DNA of 57,969 bases from a virus. Each line of letters opens with the position of its first letter. Position 1 is the stretch's first letter. Below the pieces are notes generated by a model. That model worked only from the letters and a program-made list of their open reading frames with translations, did no database searches and had not been told where the DNA came from. This document shows positions 28,729 to 40,539 of this stretch, piece by piece. Location of the stretch: positions 1 through 57,969 of IMG/VR virus record IMGVR_UViG_3300021400_000219; one strand, 5' to 3'. Position numbers and translations under genes: made by a program.

Positions 28729-28756
28729 ACAAATATTATTAATAATCTTTACAATC
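28728..28756 (+). promoter_or_regulatory. Possible promoter (TTGGAC-17-TTTACAAT) upstream of the giant fibre gene. It shares a TTGGACAAA motif with 38497
   Basis: Sequence reading only; weak -10. Confidence 0.25.
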
Positions 28757-28804
28757 TTTTAAAGATTTTATGAATAATTCTAAAATAGAAAGGGGTGCTG
28801 AAGA

Positions 28805-31800
28805 TTGGCGCTCTTTAAAATATCTAAAGGGGATTCTAAAAAATTATTACCAGGTAATAATTAGAATCCAAATGTAAAATATGCTAAAGAAGGTTTTGCA
28901 TATTTTACAACTGATGATGGAAAATTTTATGTAGATATAGCAGGTGATGGTTTAACTACGCCCGCAATTATAAGAGATAAAGAATCAGATGGAAATCGAG
29001 TTCCTTTAAATGCATATTAGGCAGATTTTGCTGGAGAAGCGGAATTTGCTAATTTATCTAAAATTAGTTCACGAATTGCTTTTGGAACCTGTACAACCAA
29101 TGGAAATGTAATCAATAAAATTATTAGTATTGATACTAACGAATTATAGACATTAACTAGCGGATCAATGATAGCTATTTACTTTTTAAATGGTAATACA
29201 GCTGTTAATCCAAAATTAGAAATTGATTCAATATAGTATCCAATTTATTATAATTTTACTACTCCAATTGGAGATAGTATTCATTCTTCTTGGGAATCAG
29301 GTTCAATTAAAATTTTTACTTTTATGAAAGGAACAGATTCTAGTCCAGAAGATCGTTTTATTGTTACTAATCCTAATTTTGGTTCTAATCCTATTACAGA
29401 TAAAACTACTGTTTTAGCTAGCAATATGAAAATTTATCAAACTCATAATATTGAAGAATCAGACTTACAAGAAAGTGGTTGGATTAGATTTGCTTCATTA
29501 GATACTAACACTAGTAATTAGATAGGTCAAAAAATTTTTGATTTTAATATTTTCAGAACTTATTCCAGAGGAATACCTGAAACTTATAGTATTAGAGTTA
29601 TTGCAGGATGGTCTAATTGTACTATATTATAGTTAGGCGGAAACGTTGGAACACAAAGAATTACTCAATTTCGTGTATGTAAAGATAGTACGGAAAAAAA
29701 GATTTATTTTGAGCTATATTTATCAATGGATACTCCAACAAATAATAAAATCTATATAAGAACAATTAACTATACTAATAATACTCAATTAACATTTTTA
29801 AATGAAGCCGAAATTAAATCTGATTCAGAATTAGCTACTTGGACTTTACCTTTAAAACAAGCTAGTTTAATTTCAAATGCATCTATAATGCTTTCTTCAA
29901 CTTCTCGAGGATTATTTTTAACAGATTCAACTGAAAAATTATATGGAGCAATTTATAATAATGCTTCTAGTTTATGGGTTGGCGCAACTGCAACAAATGA
30001 AAATATTCATACTGGTAGTTTATGTTTTCATGCAGGTAAGGATACAAATGGTATTATAAATCGTTCAGCATTTTTAGCTGTAGGTAATAATGATACTGCA
30101 ACCACTGCTACAAATTACGTAATTGCTTATGGCTCAGGTGGTGGTCCATCGTAGCCAATATATGTTGATACTTATGGAAAAGTATAGGGTATTACAGGAG
30201 CTATTGCTAATGATACAACTGGTAATGCTGCAACTGCTACTGCGGCAAATATAACATCAACTGATAATGCTATTGTACGATTTGATGGTACTCAAGGTAA
30301 GTTTTAGAATAGTCAAGCTTGGGTTAATGATAATGGAGGTATTACTTCAAATAGCGCTATTACAGTAGGCGCAGGTTATTTTATAATTAAACCCTTTTCT
30401 TCTGAATATGATACAACAGGCACTCATGATGGAATTAAATTTTATTTTAATCATGATAGAGAAAATTATAATCCAGATACATTAATTACTTATTATTCTT
30501 TATAGGCTACTAATTTTTATGGAGTTTTAAAAGGAAATGCAGATACAGCTACAGCTTTGTCTTCTACTGGAACTACTGCTTAGTTTTGGCGTGGAGATAA
30601 TAGTTGGAGCAGTATTTTATCTGGAGCAGGAGCAAGAATTACTTTTACAGACACAGTAAATAATCGAACTATGTGGATTGGTCATCAGTCTTCACAAGAG
30701 TGGATGGGTTTATATGAAAGCACTTCTAATAATACTAAAGTATTAATTGCTCGTAATACGACTTCAAATAAAATTGGTATTGGCACGGCAACTCCAGATG
30801 CAGATTATAATATTACTTTATAGAGTTCAGTTTATTCAACTGATTTTATAACTGCTAAAGGTTTATATTTATATGGTTCAATAGGTTCAGATAAAACTAC
30901 TCGACAAATTACAAGTGATGATTTAAAAAATATTTATTTTAAAATCAATGGTAATATTTCATTAGTAGTTAAAGATGATTTGGTTGGTCCTGGATAGTCT
31001 TATTCTAATCAAATTAATTTAGGTGCTACTGAGCGACTGTGGAAAAAAGCATTTATAAATCATTATTATTTACCAAGACCTACAAATGGAGAAAGCACTG
31101 ATTGGAATACTCGCATTGCAACTACTGAAAAAAATAGTTTTACTATTGAAGAATTCGGAACATCTACACTTAATAAACCAACTAATCATTGGTATTATGG
31201 TTTTATTGGGCGTGGCTCAGATCAAGATTATTTATTACAAATTGGTTTTGGAGAAACTACTACAAGAGTAGTTTATAGAGCTAAAATTTCTAATAACTGG
31301 TCTGGCATGGCATTATATGATATCCCTTCTACTGGGCCAGTTGCTATTGGCTCTGGGGTAAAGCCTATTTATTTAGATAGTAATGGATTTTTACAAGCTT
31401 TTGCTTCTACAATAGGCACTACAACTAAACCAATTTGGATAGATGCAGGAACTATTAAAGCTGGAAGTTATGAATTAAAAGCGACTGTAGACAATGGTAC
31501 ACAACATTATTTAACTATGTATACTGCTGATGGAAGAACTATTGGCCCTGCAAGTAGTAGAACTTCAACCGTTTTATTATCTTCTACAGTAGCTGATACT
31601 TTGAAATTAACATCAACAGCAGATGCTAATTATTTAACATACGTAAGCAGTAAAGGTACTTGGAAAACTGGTATGGGCACCAATTCCAATGAATATTGGA
31701 TCTATTCTAATGATTTATCTAATTGGCGTGTTGCTATAAATAATTCTAATTTCCATTTACGTTCTTCAAGTTATTAGAAAAATACTACACCTTCTTCAAA

Positions 31801-34800
31801 TGTTGCTGGGGCAGGTATTTATACAAGAGATATTGACGATAACTATATTTGGGTATTACGAGGCTATAAAAATACTTCTAATACAATGGGTGCTTAGTTA
31901 TATACTTATGGACATAGCACAAATGATACTGGCACAAGCACTTTTTCAATTTATAGAACATCTACCCCTGATACTTATATAAATTGGACTGGTGGAAAAA
32001 TTGGTAATAGTATTTATCCTTGGGCAAATGCAACTTATAATATTGGTTCAAATGATTTAGCTTGGAATCAATTACATTTAACTTATGATTCTTCATCTGC
32101 TAGAAATAAAGGTATTCGTTTTATGAATGCTGGAACTTTAGTAGGTAATATAGGTGCAACAGCACAAGGATTAGGTATTTATGGTAATGGTCATTTATAT
32201 TTAAGACCTTCTTTAACTGAAACACAAGGTATGGAAATTACTTCTACTGCAGTTCAACCAGCAACAAATCATGATATTAATTTAGGAACAACTTCGTTAA
32301 GATGGAATTAGATTCATGCTAAATCTTATTATATTGAAGATACTCGCAATGAAGATTTAACTGCAGCTACAAGTGATAAAGCTATAAGATTTTTCTTTAG
32401 TAATAATAATATGCCAAACACTCAATGGTGGTCTGGTATTCATGTTCGAGGTTGGAATGGTGGATATTCATCATGGGAATTAGTAGGTCCAGCTGGTAAT
32501 GTTGATCAAAGAACTACTCCATTATATATAAAAACAAGTAATATTAATACTGATTGGGGCGAATGGCGTCCAATTTTAGATAGTTATAATGGTGTTATGC
32601 GTTTTCATTATGGAGGCACTGGAACTACAACAAAAATATTAATTACTATAAATAATACAAACTCTTGGATGGCATCTTTTACTTTAAGATTATATTAGGG
32701 ATATCAAGCTACAGATTTATAGATTAGCGGTTATAATTATAATAATACAGATACTCCTTGGTCTTCACCTCAAGCTATTGTATTAGGTTCAACTGCATAC
32801 GATGGCCCATTAGTATATTTTGGATATACAGATACATAGAAATTATGGGTAGCTGTAGATGGCGCTAGGTATACAGGCGTTGATGTTTTTGGCATTACTA
32901 ATGGTTATACTCAAATCAATTTAAAAGATTTTTGTACTATTACTAATGTTTCTACTTTACCTGGAACACTTCAAAAAACAGTAAGAGCTTATAGTCGTTT
33001 AACTCATAATGTTGTAAGCGATACTGGTGATATTACTTTACATAATTAGCCAGGAACTTTTGCTTTTTCAGGAAATGGAGATCCTTGGAGTGGAAATGAT
33101 TGGGTTGGATTTTAGGTAGGAAATAATTTAGATAAATTTTAGATTGTTAGAGTTAATTCAAATAATTTACTATTCCGTTAGAATGATAGTGGAGGAGTTA
33201 ATACTTCTTGGGGAACTTGGGAAAAAATATTAACAGATGTAAATACTTCATGGGTAGCTTGGACTCCAGGAACTACTGCAGGACCTTAGGCTAATTTATC
33301 ATTAAGTGGAACTAATATTCAAAGTGCCGCGATTCCTTCTGCTAGCACAACAGCAAGTGGTATTGTAACTACTGGAGAATAGTCTTTTACAGGTAAAAAA
33401 ACCTTTAATTGGTTGCGCGTTGTTAATAATTCATCTAATAATGCTGATGATGCACTTTTTTATATTGAAAGTAAAAATAGTAATGATTGGGCTTAGAAAA
33501 TTCTCTTAGATACTTTTAACTATGGTTTATATATTCAAGGAACCGGAACTTCATTGTTAAAAGTTGGAACAAATAATAATTTTACTGTTAATTCTACAAC
33601 TGCAGCTTTTGGATAGTAGGCAAATCCTATGACAATAACAATGCATGGACGATTAGTTATAGATAGAACCGATATAACCTATACAGCAGGAGATGAGGGT
33701 GAATAGGGACAATCTATCCCTCTTATTAACATAAAATATAAAAATACTGGCACGGGTGTTTATGATCAAAATATACTTAATGCCATAAAAACAACAGAAA
33801 CTGGTGCCACTGTAGATGCTACAACGATAGCGCTAACTTCAGGTGGTGGTAGTCTGATTTTAGCTGCCGGAGAGCATATGAACGGATTATTAACAAAGAA
33901 TGGTCCTTTTAAATATGGAAGTGAAACATTAATTTTATCTTCAGATTAGAATGTTGAAATGATGACTGGTTGTCATAACTCAAATGGAACTTATACAGCT
34001 CGCACAAGAGTTGGTTCGATCGGAATATAGATGCATTTTCCTTATAATAATTTTAATAGAAACCTTCAACCTAGCGCAGCGGTAGAAAGAGGAATGTTTT
34101 TATATGGTGCTAATATTATAACAGAAACACCTACAGTAACCAGTGATGAAAATCAATTTGTAGCTGGAACTTATTATCGCATAGAAAAAACATCAGGTAA
34201 TCGTATTTACTATGCAGCTACTATGTATAATACTAATAATGATTTTAAATATTTAAGTTTAAAAATGCCATATAATCAAACTTCATCATTTTTAATGTGG
34301 ACAGATGGATATGTTGGTAACCGCATAATACCCTGGGCTAATAATAATTATGAATTAGGATCTTCAGATTACAAATGGAAAGAAGTGCATGCAACAACAT
34401 TCTACGGCACTTTATCTGGGACAGCAACTACTGCGAATAATTTAAAAACGACACTTATGACCAATGCTTCAACACCGGTTTTCGTTTTAGGAGCCACTGG
34501 AACGTCTGCGAGTACTTCTCAGGCTGTATATAAGGCATATCGTACTTCAACTGCTCAAGTATATTTTAGAGGAGATACTGGTGTCTTAATGGGTGCAGCT
34601 TGGAATGACTATGCAGAATATCGTCAAGCAAAAAATAATATAGAAATTGCTCCTGGCAGAGTAGTAAAAGAAGTTGGAGATGAAACATTAGAATTAGTGA
34701 CTGAAAGATTACAACGAGGATGTTCAATAGTTTCTAATACTTTTGGTATTAGCATTGGTGAAAGTGAAACTAATAAATTGCCATTAGCAGTATCTGGACG

Positions 34801-35023
34801 AGTGTTAGCATATCCATACGAAGATAAAGAAGAATTTAAAAATCATATTGGTTGGCCAGTTTGCTCTGGTCCTAATGGAACAGTAAGCATTATGACTGAA
34901 GAAGAAGAAGAAAAATATTCAAGCCGAATCATTGGCACCATATCCTCTGTTCCAAGTTATGAAGTATGGCACGGGGGGGCTGATGTGGTTGTTGATGGGC
35001 GTGTTTGGATAAAAGTGAGGTGA
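28805..35023 (+). CDS. Giant tail-fibre or receptor-binding protein (about 2072 codons; N-terminus MALFKISKGDSKKLLPGNNQNPNVKYAKEGFAYFTTDDGKFYVDIAGDG...)
   Basis: GAAAGGGGTG ribosome-binding site. A frame-2 TGA sits at 28799-28801, then a TTG start at 28805. Track ORFs 29324, 29726, 31307, 32123, 32411 and 34031 are all in frame 2 and joined only by TAG. The terminal TGA is at 35021-35023. Confidence 0.55.
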
Positions 35024-35027
35024 AAGT

Positions 35028-36493
35028 ATGGCTTTAAAAGAAACAAAAGCAACAATTGATGGAACTGGGACTGATAGTATAAAATTTGGTCAGAGTGCTG
35101 TTGCCTCAGGTGCCTATTCTATTGCAATAGGGTATGGGACAAGTGCTACTGCTGAAGAGGCTGCGGCACTAGGGAAGTACGCCGTAGCTAAATTAGAGGC
35201 AACCGCTGTAGGAGCTTATGCTAATGCTCTCGGCAATTACTCAGTAGCATTAGGATTTCTGTCTAATGCACCTGCTGATCTTTCGACTGCGGTAGGGACT
35301 TATGCTACTGCTTCTAACGAGGAGTCTACTGCATTAGGACATTGTGCAGAAGCTGCCGGTAATTAGGCTACTACATTAGGGTATTTTGCTAATGCCTCAA
35401 AAGACGGTGCTACTGCATTAGGAGCTTATGCAAATGCTACTGGAATAAATTCAACAGCAGCAGGATTTAAAGCAGTGGCTTCTGGCACTACTGCAATTGC
35501 ATTAGGGCCAGAAACTAACGCTTCTGCTTCTTCGGCAACTGCTTTAGGACAGTATGCAAAGGCTTCTAAGAGTTGTGCTTTGGCGATAGGGTATGGCGCC
35601 AAAGCATCAGGAGTTTATGCTTTTGCCATAGGAACCTATGAATCAACAGCTTCTGCAAATTATACAACAGCCATAGATGGATATGCTACAGCAGATAGAG
35701 CAATAGCTGTTGGTGGAAACGCGGTTGGAGCTAATTCATTAGCCTTAGGATTTGCTTCAAAAGCTTCTGGCATTAATTCAATAGCCATAGGAAAAGAAGC
35801 AAATACAGCACAAAATTATTCTACAGCTTTAGGCTATAAAGCAAATATAAATACTTCTCATAGTGTTAATTGTATGATGCTTGGAGGATCTACTTAGGTT
35901 AATATTTATTATTATGGAACACTACGTTCACAATCAGATATTAATGATAAAATTGATGTTTCAGAAATTCCAAATGGAGCAACTGAATTATTTAAATAGC
36001 TAACTCCAATAGAATATTATTATAATTATAGGGATGAATATATTGAACCAGAAGAATGGTTAGAAGAAGAAATTGAAATAAAAGATGAGAATGGAAATAT
36101 TGTATATGATGAAGAAGGTAATTCTTTAAAAGATATTATTAGAACTTGTAATTTATCAAAAGAAGAATAGGAAAAACGTAAAAAATATGGTCAAGGAACA
36201 TATGATAAAGAAGCTTGGTAGCAAGGATTAAAAAAACATACAGATCCTCAAGTAGGTTTATCGGCATAGGAATTATTACAAGCATTAGAAAATATTTATG
36301 GAAATTCTCGAGCTTTTCCATTAGTAGGAGATAATTTTGATAATTTTGAATTAGAAGAAGGAGAAGAAATTCCTGAAGATATTGAACATAGATATAATAT
36401 TGCTTATATAAATTTAATTCCATTTTTAATTAAATCAATTAAAGAATTAGATGCTCGTATTACTGAGCTTGAACGAGAAAAAGGAGAAAATTA
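35028..36493 (+). CDS. Tail-fibre protein (about 488 aa) with an Ala/Gly-rich head-repeat region and a C-terminal intramolecular-chaperone-like domain (peptidase S74-like)
   Basis: GAGGTGA ribosome-binding site plus ATG at 35028. Frame 0 runs through track ORF 35475 to a TAA. The repeats AxGxxAxAxGxxSxA resemble a trimeric fibre or adhesin head. The C-terminus (...RSQSDINDKI...HTDPQVGLSAQELLQALENIY...IKELDARITELEREKGEN) resembles the endosialidase-chaperone domain by recall. Confidence 0.65.
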
Positions 36494-36499
36494 AATATT

Positions 36500-37516
36500 A
36501 TGAAATATAATGATGTATTATTAACTTTTGTTATTCCAAGTTATAAAGAAACAGAAGAACAAATGTTTCCATTATTATCAAGTATTTCTAATTAGTTAGG
36601 AATTGATAATAATAAAATAGAAATAATTATTGTTCGAGATGGAACAACTGAAGTAAATTTAGATATTTTTAAAATTTTATATTTAAATATTAAACAAATT
36701 TTAATGAAAGAGAATAAAGGTCCAGGAGTTGCACGTCAAGTAGGCTTAGATGCAGCACAAGGTAAATATGTAATGTTTTGTGATGCTGATGATATGATTC
36801 ACAATTCAGGTATTATTGGTGCAATGATTCAAGAAATGGAATAGTAGCAATGGGATATTTTAAAAACACCTTGGTTAGAAGAGTGCCTAGATTCAAATAC
36901 TAATTAGTTAATTTATATTAATCATGAAATAGAAAATACTTGGATGCATGGAAAAATGTTTAAAAAATCATTTTTAGATAAAAATAATATTAGATTTCAT
37001 CCAGATTTAAGAGTGCATGAAGATACTTATTTTCTTTCTATAGCGACTGATTATACTGATAAAATAGGTTATCTAAATATTACATCTTATGTTTGGCGTT
37101 GGGGTAGAGATAGTATTACTCGTCATGATGAAGGAATTTATACTTATGAAGCAACACCCGAATTTATTAGGGCTTGTTGTTTGGCGCATGAGATTACAGA
37201 AAAAGTAGATATATCAAAAATGGAATATAAAACAATTTAGTTAATAATATATCAATATTTTAGTTTACATTCTTTAAATTGGATACAAGAAAATAAAAAA
37301 GAATATAGAGAATTAGCAGAGCAGGCTTTAATTCAATATATGAAGCCTTATTGGAAATATTGGGAAAAAGCTTCTCCAGAAACTATTGCAAAAATTTATA
37401 ATGAAGAACGTAATAAAAATTTTAATACTCAAATCGAATTTGAAACCCTTGGAGATTGGCTTATTAGATTAGGATTTATAAATCCACAAGGAGATAATGA
37501 AAATGGACTACAATGA
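36500..37516 (+). CDS. Family-2 glycosyltransferase (GT-A fold; DxD motif ...FCDADDMIH...)
   Basis: AAAAGGAG ribosome-binding site plus ATG at 36500. Frame 2 runs through track ORF 36944 to the TGA at 37514-37516. The N-terminus LLTFVIPSYKETEE...IIIVRDGTTE and the CDADD motif are classic GT2 features. Confidence 0.7.
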
Positions 37517-37904
37517 ATTAATTACATCTATTTTTCAAGTAGTTATTATTCCTTGTTTAGGAATATTAACTGGATTTTTTGTAAAATGGATTAATGCTAA
37601 AATTAATGAATTAGCAATTAAAACAAAAAATGAAAAAGAAGAAAAATATTTATATATGTTAAAAGACACTATTACTTCAGCTGTAATAGCAGTAAATCAA
37701 ACATATGTAGATAGTTTAAAATAGCAAGGCACATTTGATATAGAGGCTCAAGGCAAAGCATTTACTATGGTTTATAATTAGATACTTTTATTCCTTGGTG
37801 ATGAAGGTAAAAAATATTTAACTGAAATTGTAGGAGATGTAAATAGTTATTTAACTATGGAAATTGAAGCTGCAGTAAATCAAAATAAACTTAAAAAAGG
37901 ATAA
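37497..37904 (+). CDS. Holin-like protein with a single N-terminal transmembrane helix (about 135 aa)
   Basis: Track ORF 37497 (MKMDYNELITSIFQVVIIPCLGILTGFFVKWI...) is extended through two TAG codons to the TAA at 37902-37904. Its size and topology match holins of Gram-positive phages. Confidence 0.55.
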
Positions 37905-37908
37905 AAAA

Positions 37909-37946
37909 ATAAAGGGTGGAAGTATTAATTTACTTCCACCCTTTTT
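37909..37946 (+). terminator. Strong bidirectional intrinsic terminator between convergent genes
   Basis: AAGGGTGGAAGTA-ttaatt-TACTTCCACCCTT is a perfect 13-bp stem. It is flanked by an A-run on the 5' side and a T-run on the 3' side. Confidence 0.75.
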
Positions 37947-38409
37947 ATGGTTTTATGTGATTGTTAAATTTATCTACCACTCTTTTATATAAGGCATCGC
38001 CAGTATGATTACCGCCTAAACCTTTATAAGCGACATAATCTTCTTCAAACTATTCATATTCATCAACTGTAATTATATGTTCTGGGGTTAATAAGAAAAT
38101 ACACTAATCTCTAAACTATTTTCCTTGAAGTGATAAAACACCAATAGTGAGATTTTCTACGTTATTAGATAATACTTCTATTTCTTCTTTCATTATTCTA
38201 TCATTTTCATCTGATTTCTATTCTACTTTATCAATTTTTTCAGTTAATTCATCTACTATTTCTTCACGCATCTCTTTCATTCGTTCAGCTTTTACACGAT
38301 TAACACTTTCTTTTTCTAATTTAATAATATGTTTCGCCCATATAGCAATTCCAGCTGCAACAATACCACAGATCCACTATAACCAATATTTTATAAAAAT
38401 GTCTAACAC
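37945..38409 (-). CDS. Membrane protein with an N-terminal transmembrane helix plus a coiled coil (about 155 aa; candidate lysis-associated or antiholin/spanin-like protein)
   Basis: On the - strand, GAAAGGAGGAGGA ribosome-binding site plus GTG start. The sequence begins MLDIFIKYWLQWICGIVAAGIAIWA... and has three internal TAG codons. It ends at a TAA at the terminator. The + strand track ORF 38147 is its low-complexity antisense. Confidence 0.5.
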
Positions 38410-38496
38410 TTGTCCTCCTCCTTTCATTATCATATATTATCAAAATTAAATAAATTTAATTATAAAAAATTACCCTAAAACGCTTTTGGACAAAAA

Positions 38497-38532
38497 GTAA
38501 TAATAATTTTAAAACAATTTTTAAATATAATG
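38497..38532 (+). promoter_or_regulatory. Possible promoter region with the TTGGACAAA motif and a perfect TATAAT hexamer
   Basis: cttTTGGACAAAaagtaataataattttaaaacaatttttaaaTATAAT lies in the divergent intergenic region. Confidence 0.3.
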
Positions 38533-38582
38533 CAAGGGAAAAGATATTAAATAAATTATAGAAAGAAGGTTTAGTCTGAATA

Positions 38583-39018
38583 ATGCAATAGCAAAATTAT
38601 TATTATACTCCGTAGGTTCCTAGATATACTACTCAACCTCAACAACCTATCGCTGCGCCAATGCTTCGTGGACGTCCTGTTTCAAGCTTGGAGGAAGTGC
38701 GTGCTGCAGCAGTAGATTTTGATGGTATAGTAACATATTTTCCTGATTTACCAAAAGGTCGCATCTATACAAAACAATGTAATATGGATGGGACTTCTTC
38801 AATTAATCTTTATGAATTAAAACCTATTCCAACAGAAACAGCATCTCCAGAAAATTTTGTTACTCGTGAAGAATTTAACTAGGCAATTGCGGCAATTAAA
38901 GAAGCATTTAATTCAACGACTAAAATTGATTCATAGCAAAGTCAAACTTCTCAAATTCAAAATCAAAATATAAATACTCAAGCGTAGAAACCCTTGTAGG
39001 AATTTAATTTTAATTAAA
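38583..39018 (+). CDS. Hypothetical protein (about 145 aa; includes track ORF 38661 MLRGRPVSSLEEV...)
   Basis: GAAAGAAGG ribosome-binding site plus an ATG 26 codons upstream of track ORF 38661 in the same frame. It is extended through TAG codons to a TAA. My local coordinate counting differed from the track by 1 nt here. Confidence 0.4.
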
Positions 39019-39031
39019 GGAGAACTATAAT

Positions 39032-39285
39032 ATGAATTAGCCTATTAATAATCCAATGCAGTTTATGCAAGCGATTAGAGGAGGACAAAACCCTCAACAG
39101 TTGATGTTGCAAATGCTTCAACAAAGAATGGGAAATACTCCCATGGGTTAGAATTTAATGCAATTAGCACAAAATAATGATACTGCAGGTATTGAATAGA
39201 TAGCCCGCAATCTTTGTGCTTAGCGAGGTCTTGACTTTGATTAGGAATTTTCTTCCTTTAAACAACGCTTGGGGCTATAATCCAA
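39032..39285 (+). CDS. Small Gln/Met-rich hypothetical protein (about 84 aa)
   Basis: AAAGGAG ribosome-binding site plus ATG. The frame is open apart from TAG codons and ends at a TAA. Confidence 0.35.
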
Positions 39286-39300
39286 AAGGAGGAAACAGAT

Positions 39301-40098
39301 ATGTTTAATAATAACAACGGCTATAGTTTATCAGATATTGCAGCCGCTACTGGAAATGGCAATGATGGTTTCTTTGGTGGCAACAATGGCTGGTGGGTAA
39401 TCCTATTATTCTTATTTGCTTTTGGCGGCTGGGGAAACAACGGCTGGAACAATGGAAATAATGGTACCGCTAATGACGTTAGTTATAATTTTGACATTCA
39501 TGATTTAGATGATGGTATTCGTGGCTTAACTGCAAGCACTGCTAATGGTTTTTATAATACTAATAACAGTATGCTTACTGGTTTTGCTAATACTCAATCT
39601 CAACTTTGTAATACAGGTTTTGATGTAATTCAAGCTATTAATCAAAATACTTTAGCTGGTTTACAAAACACTAATGCTTTAACAGCATAGTTAGCACAAC
39701 ATTCTGCAGACGAACAACTTTGTTGCTGCCGCACTCAGAATCAAATTGATAGCAATTTTGCTACTTTAAATTATAATTTAGCTACTCAAGAATGCGATAC
39801 TCGTAGAGCTGCTCAAGACATTGGTAGAGAGATTATTGATAATCAAAACAATAATCATCGTCAAATAATGGACTTTATGGTTCAAAGTCAAATGTCTTCT
39901 TTACTTGCTGAAAATCAAGCTCTTAAAGGTCAAATTTCTCAAAGTGAACAAAATGCTTATCTTATTAATGCTTTAAGACCTTCAGCAGAACCTGCTTACT
40001 TAGTTGCCAATCCTTATACTGGAATTTATGGCACTTATGGCTATAATGCTATGTTCGGTGGTCCTCTCAGTAATGGTTTTGGGCCTGGCCCATTTTGA
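39301..40098 (+). CDS. Asn/Gly-rich membrane protein (about 265 aa; transmembrane segment WWVILLFLFAFGGWG)
   Basis: AAAGGAGG ribosome-binding site plus ATG at 39301. Frame 1 joins track ORFs 39301 and 39868 across one TAG and ends at TGA. Confidence 0.55.
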
Positions 40099-40117
40099 TT
40101 GAGGGGGTGACTAAATA

Positions 40118-40539
40118 ATGGAAATAACCGCAAATGCTATTCAAACAGTACAACCTAATTAGGCTGTTTTATTTACATCTACAGCTATTCCAGGTAATTT
40201 ATCTATGATACATCGTGAAGGTAGCGGATTGGTTGGCTTACGCGGGTTGACTAATGGTCAACGTCGTGCAAGATTCCTAGTTCGTTTCGGAGGAAATATT
40301 GCTGTTCCTGCCGAACAAACTGTTGGTCCAATCACTTTAGCAATCGCCATTAATGGTGAAGCCGTTTAGACTTCAAGTATGATTTCCACTCCTGCAGCTG
40401 TAGATAGTTATAATAATGTTAATGCTGCATTACATGTTGATGTACCTATTGGATGTTGTAATGAAATTAGTGTTAAAAACATTAGCACTATTCCAATAAA
40501 TGTTCAAAATGCTAATCTGATTGTAGAGAGGGTGGCATA
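40118..40539 (+). CDS. Small beta-rich protein (about 140 aa) reminiscent of BclA-C-terminal/TNF-like exosporium proteins
   Basis: GAGGGGGTGA ribosome-binding site plus ATG. Two TAG codons are internal. The TAA overlaps the next start (TAATG). The family resemblance is from memory and is weak. Confidence 0.45.

Noticed and set aside
38147-38449. + strand track ORF MRFSTLLDNTSISSFIILSF...
   Set aside because: It is the antisense of a convincing - strand gene (37945..38409) that has a ribosome-binding site and a transmembrane-plus-coiled-coil sequence. The + ORF itself is Ser/Ile/Phe low-complexity.
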